The notes below the pieces were generated by a model. That model saw only the letters and a list, made by a program, of their open reading frames with translations. It made no database searches and was not told where the DNA came from. This document shows positions 56,261 through 64,000 of a stretch of 64,000 nucleotides of DNA, in pieces (the first letter of the stretch is position 1; each line of letters begins with the position of its first letter). The stretch covers positions 13,058 to 77,057 of the forward strand of contig JBHLPI010000002.1 of assembly GCA_048939595.1 (NCBI GenBank). Reading direction: 5' to 3'. The position numbers and the translations under genes were made by a program. This DNA comes from Promethearchaeota archaeon (GTDB lineage Archaea; Asgardarchaeota; Hermodarchaeia; Hermodarchaeales; Hermodarchaeaceae).

Positions 56261-57658
56261 ATGACAACCAAAGATACTGATGCAATCCTCGCAACTCCTC
56301 GGTCGCGGATTACCAAACATGTCATCTGCCCATTTTGCGGCTGTCTTTGCGATGACATTGAGGTAGCTGTAACCCTAACGGGTCCGTTACCCCGGGTTCC
56401 CGAGGGAACGATTGTGGAGGCGTTAAATGCCTGCCGGATAGGACACACCAAATTCCTTAAGGTCCGAGATGAGTACCGAATTTACAAACCAGAACTCCGT
56501 TCAGGCCCTAACAAATCTGAAGTGAAACAGGTATCTTTGGAAGAAGCAGTGAAAGCGGCCGCAAAAATTCTTGTGGAAGCGAAACGCCCAGTAATTTACG
56601 GATTAGCCAGTACTTCAAATGAAGCTAACGCCAAGGCATTAGAACTCGCGGAGGTAACCGGAGCCATTGTGGATAATACTTCTTCAGTGTGTCATGGTCC
56701 AGGTATTGAAGCAGTTCAACGAGTTGGGATCGGCACCTGCACTTTAGGTAAAATCAAGAACTACTCGGACCTTATTATCTACTGGGGCTGTAACCCAGTT
56801 GCAGCACATCCACGGCATACTCGACGGTACTCTCAATTCATTGAAGGCCTCTTTCAACAAGTCGAAGATCGAAAAGTTTATCATATCGATGTTCGCCCCA
56901 CACGTTTCACGGATCAAGTGACCAATTCACTTATTATAGAACCCAATAAGGACTATGAGCTAATTCAAGCAGTCCGAGCGCTTTTACGAGGCCGTGAATT
57001 ACAGGCCGCGGAGGTCGCTGGGATTCCAATGCGTCAAATCAGGGAATTTGCGAATGACTTGAAGAATGCGAAATTCACCACAATTTTCTTCGGTTTAGGT
57101 CTCACGCAAACTCATGGAAAGGACCACAATGTTTCAGCGGCGATTGATTTGACAGCAGATTTGAATCACCATACGAAGGCAGTAATCATGCCGCTTCGAG
57201 GTCACTTCAACGTGACTGGTTCCAATCATGTCTCCACATGGACATATGGTTATCCATTTTCGGTCAGCTTAGAACAAGGTGCACCGTATTACATGCCTGG
57301 GGAAACCAGTGCGGTAGATGTGCTGGTTCGAGGGGAAGCTGATGCGTTCTTTGCTATTGCAGCTGATCCCGCGGCATCATTTCCTATGCCAGCTGTAAAG
57401 GCTATGATGAATATTCCAGTCATTATCTTGGATCCCAAGCGCTGTGCAACTACTGAAATTTCCGATGTTGTCTTACCTTCTGCATATGTGGGAATTGAAG
57501 CAGATGGAGTCCAAACAGCCTATCGAATGGACGGCATTCCCTTACAGCTTGACAAAATTGTTGATGCCCCCGCTGGTGTGAAGAGTGATACCCAGATTCT
57601 CGATATGTTAGTACGGGAAGTCTGTAAGCTAAAAAAGATCAAACGATACCATCAATAA
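56261..57658 (+). CDS. fwdB: Formylmethanofuran dehydrogenase subunit B-like molybdopterin/tungstopterin oxidoreductase.
   Basis: The N-terminal motif HVICPFCGCLCDDIEV is the FwdB-type Cys cluster. The rest has the molybdopterin oxidoreductase fold. The ORF track starts at 56240. Confidence 0.65.
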   Translation: MTTKDTDAILATPRSRITKHVICPFCGCLCDDIEVAVTLTGPLPRVPEGTIVEALNACRIGHTKFLKVRDEYRIYKPELRSGPNKSEVKQVSLEEAVKAAAKILVEAKRPVIYGLASTSNEANAKALELAEVTGAIVDNTSSVCHGPGIEAVQRVGIGTCTLGKIKNYSDLIIYWGCNPVAAHPRHTRRYSQFIEGLFQQVEDRKVYHIDVRPTRFTDQVTNSLIIEPNKDYELIQAVRALLRGRELQAAEVAGIPMRQIREFANDLKNAKFTTIFFGLGLTQTHGKDHNVSAAIDLTADLNHHTKAVIMPLRGHFNVTGSNHVSTWTYGYPFSVSLEQGAPYYMPGETSAVDVLVRGEADAFFAIAADPAASFPMPAVKAMMNIPVIILDPKRCATTEISDVVLPSAYVGIEADGVQTAYRMDGIPLQLDKIVDAPAGVKSDTQILDMLVREVCKLKKIKRYHQ

Positions 57659-57659
57659 C

Positions 57660-58352
57660 TCAATCTTTGAGTGGTATCCCCAATTGTTCACTGATAGAGA
57701 GAATAGTGTGTCCTTCAAAGTTGGAGATAATCAGGTCTGCATGGTTTAGATCCATGGCAGGGTTTGTGGTGGTCAAAGCGACACAAATCATGTGGGCGGA
57801 TTTTGCGGCGGTTACTCCGATAGGTGAATCTTCAAAAACAAGACAGTATTCGGGATTAATGCCAAGGGTCTTGGCTCCAAGGAGATATGCTTCTGGATCT
57901 GGTTTTACCCGAGATACTTGTGTCCCATCAATTACAGGGTGTTTTCCAAAGAGTCCAAGGTGTTTTAGGGCGGCGTCTAAACTAACGGGATGGCCGGTAC
58001 TTACAAATGCCACGGGCAGGTTTGCTTTTTGAGTTGATTCGTAGAAAGCATGAAAGCCACAAACGGGAAGAAGATCACCATTTTCTACGTGCTGTTGGTA
58101 GAGAAGTCGTCTTTCAGAAATTAAAGGAGTGGGATCCTCTAAAATCTTATTTTCTTCAAAGAGAGTTGTCATAATTGTAACTGACCCAGCGCCAAGGAAT
58201 CGTGTCTTCCATTCACGCTCAGAGATCAGAATGCCATATGGTTCAAGGATTTCGTTAAAAGTTTGGAGGTGGAGGAGTTCACTTTCTACTGCCACTCCAT
58301 CGACATCGAACAAGACTGCTTCAATTCGCTTTGAGGAAGACAAGAAAGTCAC
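57660..58352 (-). CDS. HAD-superfamily hydrolase (beta-phosphoglucomutase-like subfamily IA).
   Basis: Motif I is AVLFDVDGV, with a C-terminal GD..D motif. Confidence 0.7.
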   Translation of the reverse strand: MTFLSSSKRIEAVLFDVDGVAVESELLHLQTFNEILEPYGILISEREWKTRFLGAGSVTIMTTLFEENKILEDPTPLISERRLLYQQHVENGDLLPVCGFHAFYESTQKANLPVAFVSTGHPVSLDAALKHLGLFGKHPVIDGTQVSRVKPDPEAYLLGAKTLGINPEYCLVFEDSPIGVTAAKSAHMICVALTTTNPAMDLNHADLIISNFEGHTILSISEQLGIPLKD

Positions 58353-59143
58353 TCACCCAAGGTTTCCTTGTTCAAAAGAAATTTTTCAAGATCCTGTAAA
58401 GTTCCTGAGCCATCAATTCGATACTGGGACCCTTCTAGACCATTCTTTGCTGAATTTCCTATTTCTTTAGAGAAAACGCCTAATCGCCCTTTTTCTTGAT
58501 CCAAATCTACAAGGAATGTTTGAAGTCCTAAGTTTGAGGCAGCCATATCGCTAACCGGGTCATTTCCCGCCATCACACAATCCTGGGGTTCTTGTTGAAT
58601 CAGCTCAAGAATTGCATGATAATATTCTGGATGTGGTTTACAGTAAGACATGTTTTCTGCATGCGTTATTAGTGTAATATCCAAATCAAGTATCCCAGCC
58701 CAGCCAACACGAATTCTGGTTGCGATTTCGGGGAAAATGGGATTTGTAGCTATGACAACTTGGATCCCTTTTCTTATGACCTTTTCAAGGAGGGTGCGCC
58801 CGTAGGGAACGATAGTGACAATAGAACCAAGTTGTTCAAAGGATTCTTCATAAAACTGGTGAAATCTTTTGATACATTCCTCAAAGCTGAGTGTGAATGT
58901 GTCAGCAATAAAGTGGTTTGTAAACGCTTCAACGTTCGTCTGGCTTCCATCATTGTGTATCATGTGAAGTGTTGATTGGAGGAGTTTCTGGAAAAATGTG
59001 GATTCATCATAAAGGTCTTGATAGTAAGGATAGGCTAGTTTGGCATAGGAGACAAGAAACTGGTCTTCATTGAAGAGGACCAAAGTGTTATCAAAATCAA
59101 TGAGTAATGCTTTAATCGTCACGGCGTCTGCCTCCGTTGCCAA
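58349..59143 (-). CDS. HAD-superfamily hydrolase.
   Basis: Motif I is ALLIDFDNTLV. It overlaps the downstream HAD gene by 4 nt. Confidence 0.65.
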   Translation of the reverse strand: MATEADAVTIKALLIDFDNTLVLFNEDQFLVSYAKLAYPYYQDLYDESTFFQKLLQSTLHMIHNDGSQTNVEAFTNHFIADTFTLSFEECIKRFHQFYEESFEQLGSIVTIVPYGRTLLEKVIRKGIQVVIATNPIFPEIATRIRVGWAGILDLDITLITHAENMSYCKPHPEYYHAILELIQQEPQDCVMAGNDPVSDMAASNLGLQTFLVDLDQEKGRLGVFSKEIGNSAKNGLEGSQYRIDGSGTLQDLEKFLLNKETLGE

Positions 59144-59178
59144 CCTTCCATCGCAAGAAAGGCGGAGACCTATTGGAT

Positions 59179-59679
59179 TTATTCTTCGATGCCTCGAACT
59201 TCGATTTTGAGCTTCGATGCAATGTTCGCTATAAAATAGGAGACGGCATAAGGGAGAGCATTGTACTCTTCTTGAAATCCTTCAAAGTTGAGTGAAGCGA
59301 TTCCCTCATGACCAATGACACCCACAGCACCTTGATCAGTGATGAAATATTTAATTTCAGCAAGTTGTCCATTCGCTTCGAGAAGACTTTGATAGAGTTT
59401 TGACTTTTCGACGTTCTTTAGGGCATCAGCTTCCACGATAATAATGAAAAACCGGACCCATTTATCACTGCGATCAATAATAAGCAGAAATCGGCGGTCA
59501 TCGATATTGTATGGAAGGATTATGCGATCTTCGGCGGGAATGACCTTGTAGGTGAGGTTCATTTGCTTTAGGTAACTTTCAATGGTTTCCATTGTTGTTG
59601 TCATGCTATTGACCTCTGTTGATTGCATCCATTCAATGGGAGGATTTAGAAAAAGCTTCTTCTTCCTCTGGTTTTGCAA
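59179..59679 (-). CDS. YbjN-like (T3SS-chaperone-like fold) protein, paralog 1.
   Basis: This 166-aa ORF is paralogous to 59684-60148 (RF..I...AD.....K...LYQ.LL.ANG.LAE.KYF.T..G.VG..GHEG). The family call is tentative. Confidence 0.35.
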   Translation of the reverse strand: MQNQRKKKLFLNPPIEWMQSTEVNSMTTTMETIESYLKQMNLTYKVIPAEDRIILPYNIDDRRFLLIIDRSDKWVRFFIIIVEADALKNVEKSKLYQSLLEANGQLAEIKYFITDQGAVGVIGHEGIASLNFEGFQEEYNALPYAVSYFIANIASKLKIEVRGIEE

Positions 59680-59683
59680 CGAA

Positions 59684-60148
59684 TTAGGAATAGAAGGCGA
59701 GTTCCGCCTCTGTCGGAAGGGTAAGGGTGAGATTCAGTTTCTTAGTGATAACAGTTAGAAAATAGATGATTCCAAAGGGAATTGCCCTGAATTCTTCACG
59801 AAAACTATCGACTGTAAGAACCTTCACTCCTTCATGTCCGACGATTCCCACATCACCTTTTTTCGTGAGGAAATATTTGACCTCTGCGAGTTCACCATTC
59901 GCTAACAAGAGTGCCTGATATAGTTCTTCACGTTTCTTTTCATTTGGTACTCGATCGGCTAACATGATAAGGACCCAAAACCGGACGAACTGACCGGATA
60001 CATCAATGATGACATTAAACTTCAGCTTCTTTTCTGGGGCAGCATAAGGAACAACAATACGGTGGACTTCGCCTTCAACTGGTTTTATTTCATAGGTGAG
60101 GTTCATCGTTTTCAGGTATGTAATCACCCGATCAAGGATTTCTTCCAT
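59684..60148 (-). CDS. YbjN-like protein, paralog 2.
   Basis: It sits in tandem, 4 nt upstream of paralog 1, with the same motifs. Confidence 0.35.
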   Translation of the reverse strand: MEEILDRVITYLKTMNLTYEIKPVEGEVHRIVVPYAAPEKKLKFNVIIDVSGQFVRFWVLIMLADRVPNEKKREELYQALLLANGELAEVKYFLTKKGDVGIVGHEGVKVLTVDSFREEFRAIPFGIIYFLTVITKKLNLTLTLPTEAELAFYS

Positions 60149-60271
60149 ATACGCTTCTCCGAATATACCAAGTGTCTCAACTGACCCTAAGCCATTAGAT
60201 AAAACTATCTCCTTCTAGCTGATGAGATAAAAAAGAAGAAGAGAGATGCAATGAGCACCTCGATGATAGAA

Positions 60272-61576
60272 TTATGCTTTTTCGGACATTTCTGCTTCCT
60301 CACCTGCTTCGCCACGTCGAACAAAAAACATGGTAACAAGTGCTATGATGAGAAATACAATTGAAAAAGGCCAAAGAAGGAGCCATTTTGTAGCAAGGGT
60401 AAAACCAAAGAACAAAACTAGAACATCAGCGAGTAGACCAAAGGCGATGGGACCAATGGCGGCAGCGAATTGGCTTGAAACGTAGTAGATACCGGTGTAG
60501 GCACCTTGTTTCTTCCGGCTGATTTCCCACAACATTACGATGCTGTTAACGTTGACAAAGGCCCAGAAGAAGCCGGCTAATCCTAGACTGAAAAGGACTG
60601 TAATGAAATCTCGCATAAAAGAGACGATAACCAGAGTGATGATCATCCCGATAAGACCCACCATGATCGTACGGCGACGCCCAAATTTCACTGCAATCAG
60701 TCCACCTGGAATGGCAAAGATCACAAAGACTAGAGCAAACAAGGTCATGGCAAGGGATGCGATATTTGCTGGCCATAACAGTGTGAACACACCATATGAA
60801 GTAAACCATGTTTCTAATGTATTGAAGGCAACAAACCATGCAAAGATTGCGATTAGTATACTGATTATAGAGCGGTCGCTGATGGCTTCACGAAATGCTT
60901 GTCGAAGCGGTTGGTCAACCTTTTCCATTTCTAAGGGAATTTCAGGCTCACGAATCATAAAGACCAGCACAACTAGTGCAAGAATCATGATGAGTGCTGT
61001 GACACCGAATGCAAGAAGTGGATTTATCCCGTAGAGAATTGAGCCTACTACGAACGCAAATATTGATCCAATACCTCCCATCAGGTTAATGACACCGTTG
61101 GCAGGGCTTCGCTTTTCAGAAGGAGTAAAATCAGGCATCATCGCCACGGTTGGAGCACGGTAAATAGCCATGGAGATATCGAAGCCTAGAATGAGAACAA
61201 TAAGTGACACAAGACCTAGCATCTCGGGAACACTAGCGGCTATTGGTAGCCCAATGAAGAACCCAGCGGCGAGCGGAATACCGATAATAAGATACGGCAT
61301 ACGCCGCCCAAATCGATTCCAGGTCTTATCTGACCTTCCACCCATGATTGGATTCATGATGATTGCTACGAGATTATCAATCCCCATGAAAAACCCAGCT
61401 AGGGCAGCCACGAAAGGGAACGTCGGAAGAGCGCTCATAATTGAGCCTTGAAGAAAGATTGGAACATACGAATTGAAGAGAGACCAGCTAATTGCAGTCG
61501 TAAAAAACCCGAGACCTATGAGAAAAATCGTAACCCAACGAAACTTCCTTTTTTCTGCACTCATAGAATTACACAC
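60272..61576 (-). CDS. MFS transporter.
   Basis: The ORF has twelve TM helices and a G..DK.GRR-like loop (GGRSDKTWNRFGRR). Confidence 0.75.
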   Translation of the reverse strand: MCNSMSAEKRKFRWVTIFLIGLGFFTTAISWSLFNSYVPIFLQGSIMSALPTFPFVAALAGFFMGIDNLVAIIMNPIMGGRSDKTWNRFGRRMPYLIIGIPLAAGFFIGLPIAASVPEMLGLVSLIVLILGFDISMAIYRAPTVAMMPDFTPSEKRSPANGVINLMGGIGSIFAFVVGSILYGINPLLAFGVTALIMILALVVLVFMIREPEIPLEMEKVDQPLRQAFREAISDRSIISILIAIFAWFVAFNTLETWFTSYGVFTLLWPANIASLAMTLFALVFVIFAIPGGLIAVKFGRRRTIMVGLIGMIITLVIVSFMRDFITVLFSLGLAGFFWAFVNVNSIVMLWEISRKKQGAYTGIYYVSSQFAAAIGPIAFGLLADVLVLFFGFTLATKWLLLWPFSIVFLIIALVTMFFVRRGEAGEEAEMSEKA

Positions 61577-61744
61577 CTAATCAAAGACTCATGATCGGAG
61601 TGAATGCGAAGACAGGTACAGTGGTTTTAGCACTTAAGTGCGACAGGTTGACGGAAAGAAAAAGCGAAACTCTCTTGGAGAGGAAGTGGGAGAGGATGCC
61701 TGCAATTCGGACAGCGGGGAGTTACTTGCGTAAGAACCGGGCTA

Positions 61745-61924
61745 TTAGGGATGAAATGATCGACCGCAGTGACGGCAACGTGCCTGTTTTTCTTTGGATA
61801 AAAGCCAATAGTAGTGTTTACTTTTGATAAGGTTGAGTTGTCCACAGGCTGGACAGGTGATAGCTTTGGTTGTCGAGCGGCTTACGGTGGTGACCGTTCT
61901 GGACTCCGCAGCTGTCGTTTTCAT
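61745..61924 (-). CDS. Small C4 zinc-ribbon protein of 59 aa, possibly Elf1-like.
   Basis: The product is MKTTAAESRTVTTVSRSTTKAITCPACGQLNLIKSKHYYWLLSKEKQARCRHCGRSFHP. The pattern CxxC-x22-CxxCG.SF resembles the Elf1 zinc ribbon (C.ICGQSFQ). Confidence 0.4.
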   Translation of the reverse strand: MKTTAAESRTVTTVSRSTTKAITCPACGQLNLIKSKHYYWLLSKEKQARCRHCGRSFHP

Positions 61925-62234
61925 CACGTCCTGGTGCTATCCTCATTTTACTCGCCCCAAAGAAGCTATTTAAACCCTTGGATTTGGGAAAGGAGCGTTG
62001 ATTTTCGCTAAATTGTCCAAAATGACAAATAGGAGCTTTCTTGATTGTTCTCTGGCGTTAAAGCCGATTTATAGGATTTTTAGGGGAATAAGGGCGGCTA
62101 AATGCTTATTTATATTGTGGGTAATACGCTCAACCTATTTTCAGACCTATTAGTGGTTGACAACCGACGGGCTCTTATACAGCCTAACTAGGAATATCGG
62201 CTGTAAACAGTGGTGATTGGTAGAGGAGTTAATA

Positions 62235-62636
62235 ATGACGGTGAGTGATGACCAACTCATTCAAAAAGCTCGGAGCGCCCAGGGTCACGCGTATGCACCC
62301 TATTCTCAGTTCGCCGTTGGGGCAGCCCTGCTGACAGAAGATGGCCAGGTGTTCACTGGGTGTAATGTGGAAAACTCGACGTTTGGGGCAACAGTGTGTG
62401 CTGAACGCACGGCTGTTGTTTCTGCAGTGTGTAATGGGGCTCGACAGTTTGTCAAGATGGCTATTGTGTCTGATAATAAGGAGCCTGTGATGCCGTGTGG
62501 TATTTGTCGTAGCGTGCTCTTTGAATTTGCACCGAATCTGGAAATCATTTCAGTTGGATCATCGGGGACCATTGAAAGATTATCATTGTCTCAATTGTAT
62601 CCGAAAGGATTTCGTTTTGAAGCTGAGACCGAGTAA
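62235..62636 (+). CDS. cdd: Cytidine deaminase.
   Basis: The sequence CAERTAV...PCGICRS gives the zinc-binding C/H-A-E and PCxxC motifs. A GAGGAG sits upstream of ATG 62235. Confidence 0.85.
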   Translation: MTVSDDQLIQKARSAQGHAYAPYSQFAVGAALLTEDGQVFTGCNVENSTFGATVCAERTAVVSAVCNGARQFVKMAIVSDNKEPVMPCGICRSVLFEFAPNLEIISVGSSGTIERLSLSQLYPKGFRFEAETE

Positions 62637-62651
62637 TGAGCCTTTGAGGAG

Positions 62652-63011
62652 TTAGGCATTTCGAGTCATGATTTGTCGGATATATTTGAAAACAAGGACA
62701 AGGAGTTCATAATCCATGACTGGACCGAAGGCGATGCGTTGGTTGTCATTAGGTTCAGCATAAAGAAAAACGTTGGAGTTCTTTTTCACTATGACGCTCG
62801 CTTGGTTAGCTTCAGCGTAGACATCCATGCCTTGGAAAAATTGTTTGATGTATTCGATATCGAGAGGGCGGCTAATTTGGACATTGGCGTACCCAGATTC
62901 AGTGCAGTGGATTTTCATTTTGCCGAGAAAAAGGGCATCGTCAGTGACAGCGGGTTCCGCTTCTTGTAGAAGTGAGAGGAGAGTCTGCTTTACTAGGTCT
63001 TTCCTCGTCAT
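62652..63011 (-). CDS. Hypothetical protein of 119 aa.
   Basis: This ORF appears in the ORF track. I recognise no family for it. Confidence 0.3.
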   Translation of the reverse strand: MTRKDLVKQTLLSLLQEAEPAVTDDALFLGKMKIHCTESGYANVQISRPLDIEYIKQFFQGMDVYAEANQASVIVKKNSNVFLYAEPNDNQRIAFGPVMDYELLVLVFKYIRQIMTRNA

Positions 63012-63181
63012 TATCCATCCCGCCAGCTTTTGTTTTATTTCAGTTGTATTAGTATGCGTGGTGTTGCGACCAATTAAGTGTTCTCGTAGCTCATCAGTCG
63101 ACTTTTTAATACACCAGGTTTACGGTGAGTTTCTCCGTATAGATTTGCGTATTTAAGTCTTCAAGGTTTGGTGATAAAACT

Positions 63182-63523
63182 ATGATTGTAGGCCGATTTG
63201 ATGACCGTCCTGAAGAGAGAGTGACTCAATATGGTTCAATTGGCACAACTATTCGTTGGTTGATTAATCGGGATAATGGGGCTCGGACCTTCGCGATGCG
63301 CCGATTTGAAGTCCAGCCTGGTGGAGAAATTCCGCTTCATAGCCATAAAGCGGATCATGAAATCTACATCCTCTCTGGACAGGGAATAGCATTTACTCCC
63401 CATCAGAAGGTTCCAATTAAAGCAGACATGTTCCTGTATGTTCCACCCAATGAAGAACATGGATACCGAAATACCGGTGAAATAGCCTTGGTCTTTATTT
63501 GTGTTATTCCACTTTTTGACTAA
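63182..63523 (+). CDS. Cupin-domain protein.
   Basis: The sequence G.EIPLHSHKADHEIYILSGQG matches the cupin_2 motif. Confidence 0.7.
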   Translation: MIVGRFDDRPEERVTQYGSIGTTIRWLINRDNGARTFAMRRFEVQPGGEIPLHSHKADHEIYILSGQGIAFTPHQKVPIKADMFLYVPPNEEHGYRNTGEIALVFICVIPLFD

Positions 63524-63540
63524 GTCCAAGGAAATAATAG

Positions 63541-64000
63541 TTATCCCACTTTTTTGCGAAATTTATTTCCTGTTGGTGTGTTCGCGAGGCCTCCAAGTGC
63601 AGTTTCTCGAAGACTTTCAGGAAGAGCTTCACCAACTTCGCCCATCGCTCCAATCACTTCATCAACAGGAATCCGACTTATTATGCCTGCAAGAGCTAAC
63701 TCTGCAGCTAGGAAGGCTTGCATTAACCCTCCGGCATTACGAAGAACACAGGGTACTTCAACTAAACCAGCCACCGGATCGCATACAAGTCCGAGCATGT
63801 TGCTCAAACAGAGAGCAACAGCGTGCCCTATCATAGTAGGGCTGCCCCCTGCTAATTCAGTAAGTGCGCCTGCAGCCATTGCCGCAGCAACTCCACACTC
63901 TGCTTGGCAACCTCCTTCAGCACCTGAAATTGAAGCGTTAATGGAACATACGATTCCGATCCCTGCAGCAGTAAATAGCGCCGTGATGATAGCTTCTTCA
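63541..64000 (-). CDS. sdaAA: L-serine dehydratase (Fe-S dependent) alpha chain. The 5' end lies beyond the window.
   Basis: The sequence GLVCDPVAGLVEVPCVLRNAGGLMQAFLAAELALAG...GGLANTP matches the SdaA alpha signature. The frame stays open to the window end. Confidence 0.7.
   Translation of the reverse strand, partial: EEAIITALFTAAGIGIVCSINASISGAEGGCQAECGVAAAMAAGALTELAGGSPTMIGHAVALCLSNMLGLVCDPVAGLVEVPCVLRNAGGLMQAFLAAELALAGIISRIPVDEVIGAMGEVGEALPESLRETALGGLANTPTGNKFRKKVG

Overview
This 64 kb window looks like archaeal chromosomal DNA at about 45% GC, most likely from an Asgard archaeon, perhaps Thorarchaeota-like. I base that on a two-domain gelsolin protein, a Roadblock/LC7 protein, CDC48, three surface proteins with C-terminal TM/basic anchors, a 2-oxoacid:ferredoxin oxidoreductase operon, a tungsten-type aldehyde:ferredoxin oxidoreductase, FwdB and FwdD subunits, a membrane pyrophosphatase, and F420/H4MPT-type glutamate ligases. 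I found no rRNA, tRNA or CRISPR array. Coding density is high, with genes on both strands.

Several things are not explained by ordinary annotation:
- A duplicated about 500 bp cassette at 6865-7690, each copy holding a 41-46 aa basic ORF followed by a stem-enclosed structured element of about 117 nt and an oligo-T run.
- An expanded family of large double winged-helix proteins: three paralogs of about 470 aa at 42272-50232 and two of 325 aa at 3353-6686.
- A ChlI-like AAA+ ATPase fused through two transmembrane helices to a ChlD-like vWA domain, clustered with a DUF4350-like protein, a Roadblock protein, CDC48, two unknown proteins and a V4R protein (21117-30348).
- Tandem Pol-beta nucleotidyltransferase paralogs.
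- A FwdD/FwdB pair split by hppA and a CPBP protease gene.
- A KaiC-like ATPase with a poly-Glu tail encoded by a 9-nt repeat.
- A sirtuin N-terminal remnant, two genes with apparent frameshifts, and a ferredoxin subunit with no canonical start codon.
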